Assembly: GCF_009914755.1 (NCBI RefSeq)
Contig: NC_060935.1
DNA: 64,000 nucleotides
Direction: 5' to 3' (one strand)
Source: the human T2T-CHM13v2.0 reference genome, Homo sapiens
Notes under the pieces: generated by a model
The model's input: the letters and a program-made list of their open reading frames with translations, nothing else
What the model was told of the DNA's origin: nothing
The model's database searches: none
In this document: piece by piece, positions 1 to 11,722 of the stretch
How positions within the stretch are numbered: the first letter of the stretch is position 1
Layout: every line of letters starts with the position of its first letter
Made by a program: the position numbers and the translations under genes

Positions 1-3000
1 ATGGGACAGATAGTGGGCTCCTCATCATAGTCCAATTAGAAGAATCTTGCTGCGTATAGCCTGTGGTTGAGACATCTTCAGTGGTAGATTATGGGACGAC
101 AGGAGAAAAGCTCAGGCAATGTGGGTTGAGTGGCTTTTTACTTTTTAATAGTGGTCTTCAAGTCACACACACCCATTTAAGGATGCTACTTGCAGCAATC
201 TAAAAGTATGGGATTTATGCAGGGAAAACAGTTTCATTTTATATTAGCTACATTTTATTGAGCACCTAAGCACCATGCATCATGCTAAGCATTTTTACAA
301 AGCTTATCACTTAAGTCTCAAAATATCTCTATGATGTATGTACTATTATCTCCTTTTTATGGATGAAGAAACTGGGGCTTGGTGCGTTTACATAATTTGA
401 CTAAGGCAAAGCGGCTAGCAAGTGATAGAGTGGATTTTTAAGTCTATGGGTATGAATCTAGAACCAATACTTTTCGACTCTTCGCTATCCTGCCTCTTGA
501 TGATGTAGGAACAGTACCACATTTTGAGTGTGGTACATGAAAGTATGCAGGATTTGTAGGCTGTATTCTGAAGAAAAAAACCTAGGGGTTCCATGAAGAA
601 GATCAGCCAATGTCTCCCAAAGCTGAATGTTACCACCAGAAGAGGCAGCGCCCCTTGCAAGGAGTATTCTCACATGGCTGGGAAAATGTGTCCGTGACCA
701 AACATCATATGAAATCATTGAAACCAATCATCCTAAGGAGAAAGTAACTAAAGGGCTACCACGCAGGACTGTAATGGCAGTTTAGGCTGACTACTTCTAT
801 TTTGGGTTCTCCAGCCAGATTATTCACATTATATGATATGGTAACACCTGAAAGAGGCAATGGATGGTGAATGCAGCAATAAACAGAGATCAACAAGCGG
901 TAGAGCTCAGCTGCTGGCTGTGCACAGCAGTAGCTATCTTTGTCTCATCAAACCTGGCCAAGTGAAACCCCTAATCTTGTTTTATCCACAGTTGTCTTCT
1001 TGACTATCCATATTGGGCTGGATGGACACCTGGGAGTCATAGCTTAAACCCAAAACTTACCACACACTTACTACATGATCTTGGCTAGAATATTTAATCT
1101 CATTTAAGTTATACAAACTGTGTTGTATGGAATGGATGTTTGATCTATTTTACAAATGAAGGAATACACTCAGACTATGAATACTACACTTTTTAACATA
1201 GTACTAGCACATACTATGTTCATAATAAAGTGCCTAACTTTCTAAAGGATAAAGCTTCCTTGTTGCCTGGAATGTCTTGGTAGTTTATCATGAAAAAATA
1301 GCTGCATTGAAAAATCATAAAAGCTTACTGGGTAAAGTTCATCTATAAGGTAGTCCCAAGGTTTTCTTTGTAGTATTTTAATCTATTAATTGAACCTAAG
1401 TAAATAGGATATTCAGGGCAAAGTTTAGAGAAGGTAAGGATTATATTTCCAGGTACTTTATTATCTCCTATGGAAGCTGATTATGTTGTTCTCTAATGAT
1501 CTTATTTTTCCCAACTCATTCATGTATTTCTTTTACCACAAGGATACTTCTTTCATATTTTTTTATAGGCACTGTACCAAGGATAAAAAATACGATATGT
1601 TTGACCTCAGGAAGTTTTTGTTCATATAACAACTAGTAACTGAGCGTACAGAGATGAAAGACAGATTCATTTCTCTGTTTATCCTTCATTCTGTGGAAAC
1701 TTAACCATAATAAACATATATTAATAGACTTCTTTTTAATAGACTTGTGACCTCAGTTATGGATTACACCCTTTGTATAAGATCATAAACAAGAGACATA
1801 CACCTTAATGCACACAATAAAGTCTAGGGAGAGCATTACAATGATCAATTTAGTCTCTGAGGTCACGATGGGAGATTGTATGAAAGCTCAGATGAAAGGG
1901 TATGGAATGGGGAAGGAAGAAAGCAGAAAAGGCTTTCCAAAGGAGGTAAGCCATGAGCTGATCCATGAACAATGAATACAAATTTGGAAGGGAAGAATAT
2001 TAAGGAGGATAAAAGTGGTACAGGATAATTTTGTCAGATGCCACATTTTTGATCCTGAGATTACCACCAAGCTGAGAATATCCTTAGGTTTTCCCAGCAC
2101 CACATGTGTCAACAAATCTTACGGGATTGCATTCTTCTCATACATCATTTGTGCATTAACAGGAAAAAAGTCTCACTTGTGATGCTGGGTCCAGCTTATA
2201 ACCACACAATGGAAACCCCTGCCTCCTTCCTCCTTGTGGGTATCCCAGGACTGCAATCTTCACATCTTTGGCTGGCTATCTCACTGAGTGCCATGTACAT
2301 CATAGCCCTGTTAGGAAACACCCTCATCGTGACTGCAATCTGGATGGATTCCACTCGGCATGAGCCCATGTATTGCTTTCTGTGTGTTCTGGCTGCTGTG
2401 GACATTGTTATGGCCTCCTCGGTGGTACCCAAGATGGTGAGCATCTTCTGCTCAGGAGACAGCTCAATCAGCTTTAGTGCTTGTTTCACTCAGATGTTTT
2501 TTGTCCACTTAGCCACAGCTGTGGAGACGGGGCTGCTGCTGACCATGGCTTTTGACCGCTATGTAGCCATCTGCAAGCCTCTACACTACAAGAGAATTCT
2601 CACGCCTCAAGTGATGCTGGGAATGAGTATGGCCATCACCATCAGAGCTATCATAGCCATAACTCCACTGAGTTGGATGGTGAGTCATCTACCTTTCTGT
2701 GGCTCCAATGTGGTTGTCCACTCCTACTGTGAGCACATAGCTTTGGCCAGGTTAGCATGTGCTGACCCCGTGCCCAGCAGTCTCTACAGTCTGATTGGTT
2801 CCTCTCTTATGGTGGGCTCTGATGTGGCCTTCATTGCTGCCTCCTATATCTTAATTCTCAAGGCAGTATTTGGTCTCTCCTCAAAGACTGCTCAGTTGAA
2901 AGCATTAAGCACATGTGGCTCCCATGTGGGGGTTATGGCTTTGTACTATCTACCTGGGATGGCATCCATCTATGCGGCCTGGTTGGGGCAGGATGTAGTG

Positions 3001-3400
3001 CCCTTGCACACCCAAGTCCTGCTAGCTGACCTGTACGTGATCATCCCAGCCACCTTAAATCCCATCATCTATGGCATGAGGACCAAACAACTGCGGGAGA
3101 GAATATGGAGTTATCTGATGCATGTCCTCTTTGACCATTCCAACCTGGGTTCATGAACACAATATCTGTTCAGATCCAGCCAATTTCAAAGATGCCTTAG
3201 AGATCTGCAGAGCTTAGTTTACCTGGTGCTACAGGAATTCTAAGATGAAGGTGTAAAGGATATCCTTGCATAACTTTTCAATTACTAGCAGGAATGTGAA
3301 TGAAATGTTTCTGATTTTCTGAGGGCTTTCTCAGTGGATTCAATCAACTTGTATCTGAATCAGAGACAAGTTTTGGTAGAGAATACACATTTGATTGAAC
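1..3400 (+). repeat. Tandem duplication unit, copy A (OR52I2 plus flanks); left end runs off the window
   Basis: Colinear with ~7199-10540 at an offset of ~7.15-7.2 kb; atgggacagatagtgggctc (1) vs atggaacagatagtgggctc (7199); shared MIR-like segment. Confidence 0.9.
2104..3156 (+). CDS. OR52I2: Class I olfactory receptor 52I2 (350 aa ORF; likely true start ATG 2182, 324 aa)
   Basis: Intronless 7TM ORF with HEPMY, MAFDRYVAICKPLHY, KALSTCGSH and LNPIIY motifs; N-terminus MCQQILRDC recognised. Confidence 0.93.
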   Translation: MCQQILRDCILLIHHLCINRKKVSLVMLGPAYNHTMETPASFLLVGIPGLQSSHLWLAISLSAMYIIALLGNTLIVTAIWMDSTRHEPMYCFLCVLAAVDIVMASSVVPKMVSIFCSGDSSISFSACFTQMFFVHLATAVETGLLLTMAFDRYVAICKPLHYKRILTPQVMLGMSMAITIRAIIAITPLSWMVSHLPFCGSNVVVHSYCEHIALARLACADPVPSSLYSLIGSSLMVGSDVAFIAASYILILKAVFGLSSKTAQLKALSTCGSHVGVMALYYLPGMASIYAAWLGQDVVPLHTQVLLADLYVIIPATLNPIIYGMRTKQLRERIWSYLMHVLFDHSNLGS

Positions 3401-6400
3401 TTATGTTTCCCTGCTCTTTAGGAATGTGCTAGGTTAGGCTGAGGAAGGCACAAAGCCTCTTCCTGCTCCTGCCTCACCAACTCTTAAAATGAAAGACAAC
3501 AAAGACCGCTCACCATTCTCTTCATGAACAGCTATGTGTCCACTTAGGATCTGGGGAACTGAGAGCATGCAACTCTATTTCTTAGTTTTTCATACTTCCA
3601 AATAGTTATCTACCCTTCGCCATTAAAAAGAAAAACACTAGAAACTTTATAGCTTGTGCCTGTTGACTCTTTTCTGCCAACTTTATTCCTTTCCACAGAT
3701 GATGCTCAGGCAGAAGACATGAACTTTAAAACATGGCCCCATGCACCCCTCTAGCCTCTTGTATTTTCAATCCCTTTCAAGTCCCCTGACTCTACTGCCT
3801 CTGGTTTATCCTCTATTTGGAGAATATGTCCCTTCTCATACTTTTGTGCTCAGGTGCATGCCCTATCTCCAGTTGAAAAACTCATCTTCCTTGCCCTCCC
3901 CTACATCCTCTTTCCCTTCTCCGTTCAACAGGATGCTATAACAGCGTCATGGGAAACATCTAACCAGTGAAACCTGGCCCGAGTCCCCAGGCAGAACTGA
4001 GGAAATGTGAACTCGACTTTGAGATATGAAGTACACTGTCAGTGTGAATAGTTCTACCATAAAGTGAAGTGAAATACGGTTATTAGAATTTAGCTCTTGA
4101 CTTTCTGGCTTACTTGCTTTGTGACTTCTATGAGCCTCAGCTTTCATCTATAAGATGTTGATGTGATGATGGCAGCTACTTCAGGAGGTTTTGAAAACTG
4201 ACTGAGATAATCTTTGAAAAGAGCATTTGTTATGATGCCTGGCACTTAGTGAACTTTCACAAATCCTACCTATCATGGTTTTTTGTTTGTTTGTTTGTTT
4301 TCCTTTCAGGATACACTTTATACTCTTAGTCTAACTTTTAGGTATCCTCTGAAAACTTGAAGAAACAGACTCTTCAGCCAGTAAGCATCTGCCTCCTCCT
4401 GCTATCTGGAAATCCCCAGGGGCCAGAGCACAAAGATAAACCAGTCTCTTGAGGAGTAGCAATGTTTGGTTGCTGGGTAGAGGCCAAAGGAAGGTGGGTG
4501 TCCAGGGACAAGGCAGGATGATTGAGTATCCAGAGGGAAAAGAGGGCCCCAATGAGAAGTCTTTGGAAAGGACAATATGACTCTCCATTGTTTGTTCGTA
4601 TTTGATTGTGTTTGCACTTCCTGCTCCTCCGAAGGTATCCTGTATTAACCCCTCTTCTTTTGCGTGAAAGAAATGTGGACTATGAGGCATGGACTCATTG
4701 GAGAAAGTTAAACAGAGAAAACTCTCAGACTGTGGGTAACTGACTTGGGCATTAGTGTTGGGCTGATGGAGTCTGAAGGCCAGATCACCCCAGAATAGAA
4801 AATATAAGCCTTTACTCTTCCTATACAGGGCTGTCTAGGTGTGGTGGGTATTACTGATACCAAGAATGTATGAAAATGATATTTGGATAGGAAAGGTGGG
4901 AGAGAGAATGGGACATATAATTAATTGAAAGCAGAGAGGAAGGGGTAGGTATGATATTGGCATGGTGGAGAGACAGTTTTATGGGACTAAGAACAGTTAT
5001 GAGGAAAAAAACCCAGTAGTAGGGCTGATTGGGTGCATGTTTGGCTGAAGAGGGGAAGTATCCAGGTAGGAAGAAAGGGTTATCATAAACAGAAAGGCTT
5101 GATTCAAATGCATATGCCTTAGTTCTTTTACCTTTAAGACATTTTCATTTTGAATTATGTATTCCTCACTCTTTTAATAGAAATGAAACATTCTCCCATA
5201 TCTTATGATTTGTGAATCATGAGTTGTTGAAATTAAGGGACTTTTCTGTGCTAGTTTTAAGTAATTGGCTCTCCAGGTCTGCATGTGAATATCCCCACAG
5301 TATTGAAGGCAAAGGCAGGTGCAGGGCTGAAAATAGATCTTAGGATAACTTACCAGAGCTTTCTGAAAACAGTAAACATTAACAACCAGAGGGCACTGGT
5401 GTCTGTATCTTAACCTCAGTAGTGCCTATGTAGGTGTGTTCATGTGTTCACATAATAAATATTTATCAGGCTATCTATCTGAGATTTGTGCATTTCCCAT
5501 TATATTCATAGTGTTTTAAAAAGTTAATGAAAAATCAGGGAGCAGGCAGTTGTGTTAAATGTTTTGGAGATGTCAAGTAAAACAAAAGGAAAAAGAGTTA
5601 CTGGACTGGCAACAGATGCTTGATGGAGATCAACGTTAATCTTAGCCAAACAATGTTCAGTATCAATAGGCTGATTGAAATAAATATTTGTAGAAAGAAA
5701 CAACTAACCAAACCGAGTGTCCTGTTCTTTGCAAAGACTGACAATGTAAATCTCCAGCAACGCTAATTGAGAAGAAACGTAAATGGAGATTAAAAAGAAA
5801 AACACTCTCAAGGGCATGAAAGGTATGCCCAATTAGAGCTTCCAGGGCTGAGGCCTCAGCATCAGCTGAGGCTGCCTCTTGAAAAAAGGTGAATTTAAAC
5901 AGGGCAGCCAGGGGAGGAACATTCTGGATCAGAGGTGAGTGGGGAAGAGGCTGTTTGGATTCTCAAGCTTTATGCAGCCCTTTATGCAATAATGCACAAG
6001 TCTGAGTTTGTTGCATCCAGAACACATGCGGCAATCTCAAGCATACCCTGATTTTTTCTTTCACTCTTCACTACCGTTCTACTTCAAAAGCTTTCCCTTG
6101 TCTTCTCATGATCTATCACTGAAGATGTCTCACCCAGTAGCTACACAGCAAGGTTTTTATAATCTGATTATGATGTGGATATCACTAATTTATTCAATCT
6201 GTGCCATGATATAGTATTTCTTAAGCTCAGGGATTTTCTTTTTGGTTTGTTTCATATAGATCACAGTCTGTAATCATGTCTCCAAAACTTGATTTTTTAA
6301 ATAAAACTCCTGAGGACTTTACCACAGCTGCTGGTGGTACCTAACTATGGAGCCCATCAGTGCTAGGCTCTGTAGGAGGTGAACTGAAGGAGCAAATGTA

Positions 6401-7198
6401 TGTCCCAGGATTAGGATTGAGAACCTGACGAATGCTCACCTAATGCTTGGCTAAGAGAGAAAATGTGTACCACAGCAGATGGGATCAAGGCACAGAATTC
6501 CATTAATCTGATTTATTCCACTACTCAGAGAGGAGCCAGAACCCTGACAAGAGGTAAAAAGAGGTAGCTTGAGACAGTATCCAAGGGTAAGGATATGGTA
6601 ACTTCTCACGATGAAAGTCCTTTTTTTCAGGAGAGGCACAGGAAGCGATAGTTAAAGCAGGCTGGTCTTGAGGCTTGGCAAATGAGCACCTTTCATTTAA
6701 GATTGCGTGAACACCTAAGAAACAGTTCTTGAGCGATATATGACTACTGTTATGTCAAAACAAATCACACAGTTGCTGTGGTGACTCATTAGGCTGAGCC
6801 CTTGAGATACAATACTAGGGTGATGAGGGTTTTAGGAAGGAGATCAATTGTATTTAATATGGTCTGGTCTACACTTGAGATTCTAAGTCCAGGTCTGAGA
6901 CAAAGGCATATGCCCACGTCCTAAGGAAAGAAAATTATCTGAGAACAATAGAAAAAATATTTGAAGCACTAATTTAGCCTGGAAAAAATATTTTTCATAC
7001 CCACCTCCACTCTATCCTTAATCTGAATTCAGTTTGGCAAGAGTTGTTTTATGGCAGCAGAAATGTGAGCTATGCTTGGCTTTCTTATTAGAGATGGGTT
7101 GTAGGAAAAACTAAGGAAAACTTTTTCACAAGTGTGATGAAGAAAAAAAAATAGCAACAAAGCAAACAAAAAATCCTAAACTTGAGAATTGACCTATA

Positions 7199-10100
7199 AT
7201 GGAACAGATAGTGGGCTCTTATCATAGTCCAATGAGGAGAAACTTGTTGTGCACAGCCACTGGGTGAGACATCTTCAGTGGCAACTCATGGGAGGACAAG
7301 AGAAATTCTTCAGGCAATGCAGGATGAGCTGCTTTTTACTTTGTAAATGTGGTCTTCAAATCACATACACCCATTTAAGGATGTTATTTGGAGCAATCTA
7401 GAAGTATAGAATTAGGCAGGGAAAACTGTCTTCTGTTTTACTATATTATAGCTATATTTTATTGAACACCTATGTACCAAGCATCACACTAAGCACTTTT
7501 ACATAGCTTATCACTTAAATCTCAAAATATCTCTGTGAAGTATTATTAACTCTAATGGGTGAAGAAGTTGAGGCTTGGAGAGTTACATAATTTGACTGAT
7601 GCAAAATGGCTAGCAAGCGATAGAGTAGGGTTTTCAGTCTAGGAGTATGAATCTAGAACCGATGCTTTTTGCCACTTTGCTATCCTGCCCTTTGATGATG
7701 TGGGACCAATAACATATTTTGAGTAGGGTACACAAAAGTATGCAGGATTTGTATGCTCTATTCTGATGAAATAGAATCTAGGGGTTCCATGAAGAAGATT
7801 AACCAATGTCTCCAAAAGCTAGGTGATAACATCAGAGGAAGGAGCCTCCCCTTGTAAGTAGTCTTCTCAGATGGCAGGGAAAATGTGCCTATGACCAAAC
7901 ACCATATGAATATGAAATCATGGAAACCAATCATCCTAAGGAGAGAGTAACTAAACAGCTATCACACAGGAATAGAATGGTAGTTAATGCTGACTTCTTT
8001 ATATTCAGGTTTCCCCACTTAGATTGTTACATATTATATGATATGGTAACACCTGAATGAGGCAATGGAGGGTGAATACATCAATAAACAGAGATGAACA
8101 AGTGGTAGAGCTCAGCTGCTGGCTGTGCACAGCAGTAGCTATCTTTGTCTCATCAAACGTGGCCAAGTGAAACCCCTAACCTTGTTTTATCCATAGTTGT
8201 CTTGTTGACTATTTATGTTGGGCTGGATGGACACCTGGGAGTCATAGCTTAAACCCAAAACTTACCACACACGTACTACATGATCTTGGCTAGAATATTT
8301 AATCTAAGTTATACAAACTGTGTTGTATGGAATGGATGTTTGTCTTATATTACAAATGGAGAAATACACTCAGATTATGAATACTACACTTTTAACATAG
8401 TACTGGCACATACTGTGTTAATAATAAAGTGCTTAACTTTCTAAAGGATAAAGCTTTCTTGTTTGGAACATCTTGGTTATCAGGAAGAGGGAGTTAGTTG
8501 TATTAAAGAACCATAACAACTTATTGGGGAGGGGGGGTCATCTATAAGGTAACCCTAAGATTTTCCTTGTAGTAATTTAATCTATTAACTGAACCAAAGT
8601 GAATAGGATCCAGGGTAAATTTAGAGAAGGTAAGGATTATATTTATTTATAGATAATTTATAATCACCTGTAAAATGTGATAATGTTATTCTCTAATGGT
8701 TTTATTTTACTGAACTTACTAACGTATTTCATGAATCACAAGAATGCTGAATTTATGTTTTGTCTATGCAATATGCTGAGCATATAAAATGTGATGTTTG
8801 TTTTCAAGAAGTTCTGGTTTCAACATTTAGTAACAGCACACAGAGATAAGTCATTCTTTCCTCTGTTAATCGTTCTTTCTGTGGAAATTGTTTACTGTAA
8901 TGAGTATATATATCTTCACTCAAGTGACTTGTGACCACAGCTATGGATCACAATCTTCCTATAAGGCACTTGAGTGAATACCATAAACTCATACAGTACT
9001 GGAATTGTCGATTTAGTCCCTACAGGAGATTTCAGGAAACTGCAAAAGAGGTAATTAACTTAACCTGGGCATGGGGTTGGGTGAGGAAGAGAGCAGAACA
9101 CAAGTCCCTAAGGAAGGAATTCACGAGCTGATCCTTCAACAATGAATAGAAACTTGTAAGGAGGATGAAAAGTAGCACAGTATTAGAAGTCATTTTTCTG
9201 ATCCTGCCATACCACCAAGCTGAGAATATCCCTAGGTTTTCCCAGCACCACAAAGAGGAACTAATCTTATAGGACTGCACCATTCTCTTACATCATCTAT
9301 ACATTAATAGGCAAGAAGTCTCACCTGTGATGCTGGGTCCAGCTTACAACCACACAATGGAAACCCCTGCCTCCTTCCTCCTTGTGGGTATCCCAGGACT
9401 GCAATCTTCACATCTTTGGCTGGCTATCTCACTGAGTGCCATGTACATCATAGCCCTGTTAGGAAACACCCTCATCGTGACTGCAATCTGGATGGATTCC
9501 ACTCGGCATGAGCCCATGTATTGCTTTCTGTGTGTTCTGGCTGCTGTGGACATTGTTATGGCCTCCTCGGTGGTACCCAAGATGGTGAGCATCTTCTGCT
9601 CGGGAGACAGCTCCATCAGCTTTAGTGCTTGTTTCACTCAGATGTTTTTTGTCCACTTAGCCACAGCTGTGGAGACGGGGCTGCTGCTGACCATGGCTTT
9701 TGACCGCTATGTAGCCATCTGCAAGCCTCTACACTACAAGAGAATTCTCACGCCTCAAGTGATGCTGGGAATGAGTATGGCCGTCACCATCAGAGCTGTC
9801 ACATTCATGACTCCACTGAGTTGGATGATGAATCATCTACCTTTCTGTGGCTCCAATGTGGTTGTCCACTCCTACTGTAAGCACATAGCTTTGGCCAGGT
9901 TAGCATGTGCTGACCCCGTGCCCAGCAGTCTCTACAGTCTGATTGGTTCCTCTCTTATGGTGGGCTCTGATGTGGCCTTCATTGCTGCCTCCTATATCTT
10001 AATTCTCAGGGCAGTATTTGATCTCTCCTCAAAGACTGCTCAGTTGAAAGCATTAAGCACATGTGGCTCCCATGTGGGGGTTATGGCTTTGTACTATCTA

Positions 10101-10540
10101 CCTGGGATGGCATCCATCTATGCGGCCTGGTTGGGGCAGGATATAGTGCCCTTGCACACCCAAGTGCTGCTAGCTGACCTGTACGTGATCATCCCAGCCA
10201 CTTTAAATCCCATCATCTATGGCATGAGGACCAAACAATTGCTGGAGGGAATATGGAGTTATCTGATGCACTTCCTCTTTGACCACTCCAACCTGGGTTC
10301 ATGAACACAATATCTGTTCAGATCCAGAGCATTCTAGCCAACTTCAAAGATGCCTCAGAGATCTGTGGAGCTGGATTGGTTTACCTGGTACTATAAGGAA
10401 ATCTGAGATGAAGCTATAAAGGATATCTTTGTGTAACTTTTAAATTTCTACCAATAATATGAATGAAATGTTTCTAATTTTCTGACATTTTTAATGGGTT
10501 AATATGATAGTGTCTGAATCAGAGTAAGTTTGGTATAGAA
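7199..10540 (+). repeat. Tandem duplication unit, copy B (OR52I1 plus flanks)
   Basis: Aligns by eye to 1-3400; homology probably extends further upstream but copy A is cut by the window edge. Confidence 0.9.
9330..10304 (+). CDS. OR52I1: Class I olfactory receptor 52I1 (324 aa; first ATG is 9330, the ORF track starts at upstream GTG 9327)
   Basis: Same OR motifs; 14 aa differences from the 324-aa form of OR52I2 by manual comparison. Confidence 0.93.
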   Translation: MLGPAYNHTMETPASFLLVGIPGLQSSHLWLAISLSAMYIIALLGNTLIVTAIWMDSTRHEPMYCFLCVLAAVDIVMASSVVPKMVSIFCSGDSSISFSACFTQMFFVHLATAVETGLLLTMAFDRYVAICKPLHYKRILTPQVMLGMSMAVTIRAVTFMTPLSWMMNHLPFCGSNVVVHSYCKHIALARLACADPVPSSLYSLIGSSLMVGSDVAFIAASYILILRAVFDLSSKTAQLKALSTCGSHVGVMALYYLPGMASIYAAWLGQDIVPLHTQVLLADLYVIIPATLNPIIYGMRTKQLLEGIWSYLMHFLFDHSNLGS

Positions 10541-11277
10541 TACAGCTCTGTAATTTTTCCTTCTATAGCTTCTGACCTATATTTCCTACCTAATATCCTA
10601 CCATCCCCTCTGCTGAAGAGACCAACTGTTTGGTATCTTCCCCTTAACCTGACTGATATTCTCAGAACTGTTCTTTCCTCCAAGTGATTACATGGAAGAA
10701 GCTATTAATATATGACCCTGCCCTCTGGCCCAATAGTGATCTCACTCCATTTGGGTCCTAATGCCCACACCTAGACCAGGGTCCTTCCCAAGCTGTATGG
10801 TCTACTGTTCATCTGGGGAGATATAAACTTGGGATCAGAGATGGTGGTAATTCTACAACACATAAACTGGAAGGAGAAAATTGGGATTGGCCCATGCATC
10901 AAAAGCCAATCACCAAGAACGGATGAAGAGAATAAGTCCTTGGTTCTCTGATTCCAAATCACTTTGGACACCCAGGTATATTGTTATGTTCTGTAAAATA
11001 CCACTTAACTTTTAAATGTATCTCCTATTGTTAAGCTAGTTGGAGTTAGTGAACCAATTACCAGCTTTTTGTTTTTAAGCAACAGAAGCTAAGTTAATAT
11101 AAGTTTGGTTTTGGAAATCTTTCTTGTTGCTTCCTAGTCCCAGTCCGTGTAACTTAACCTTAAGGCATAAAAGAAAGGGATCAAATATACACAGGTCTTT
11201 CTTCTTGTGGGCACCTCTCAGGGGGTGTGCTCTGTGATGAAGAGGCTAATAGAAAACAATGTAGATAAAGAAGTTGA

Positions 11278-11722
11278 CAATAGCAAAGACTTGGAACCAA
11301 CCCAAATGTCCAACAATGATAGACTGGATTAAGAAAATGTGGCACATAGACACCATGGAATACTACGTAGCCATAAAAAAATGATGAGTTCATGTCCTTT
11401 GTAGGGACATGGATGAAGCTGGAAACCATCATTCTCAGCAAACTATCACGAGGACAGAAAACCAAACACCGCATGTTCTTACTCATAGGTGGGAACTGAA
11501 CAATGAGAACACATGGACACAGGAAGGGGAACATCACACACCAGGGCCTGTTGTGGGGTGGGGGGAAGGGGGAGGGATGGCATTAGGAGATATACCTAAT
11601 GTTAAATGACGAGTTGATGGGTGCAGCACACCAACATGGCACATGTATACATATGTAACAAACCTGCACATTGTGCACATGTACCCTAAAACTTAAAGTA
11701 TAATAAAAAAAAAAAAAAAAAA
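11278..11722 (+). mobile_element. 5'-truncated L1PA (approx. L1PA3-5) 3' end with poly(A)
   Basis: L1 ORF2 end and 3'UTR, GAG diagnostic triplet, A tail, target duplication GAAGTTGA at 11270-11277 and 11724-11731. Confidence 0.9.

Noticed and set aside
3680-6600. Isolated splice-like signals (acceptors ~3698 and ~4309, donors 5935 and ~6587) and a CTCF-like CAACCAGAGGGCACTG at 5383
   Set aside because: Could be OR52I UTR exons, but such motifs arise by chance and cannot be linked without transcript data
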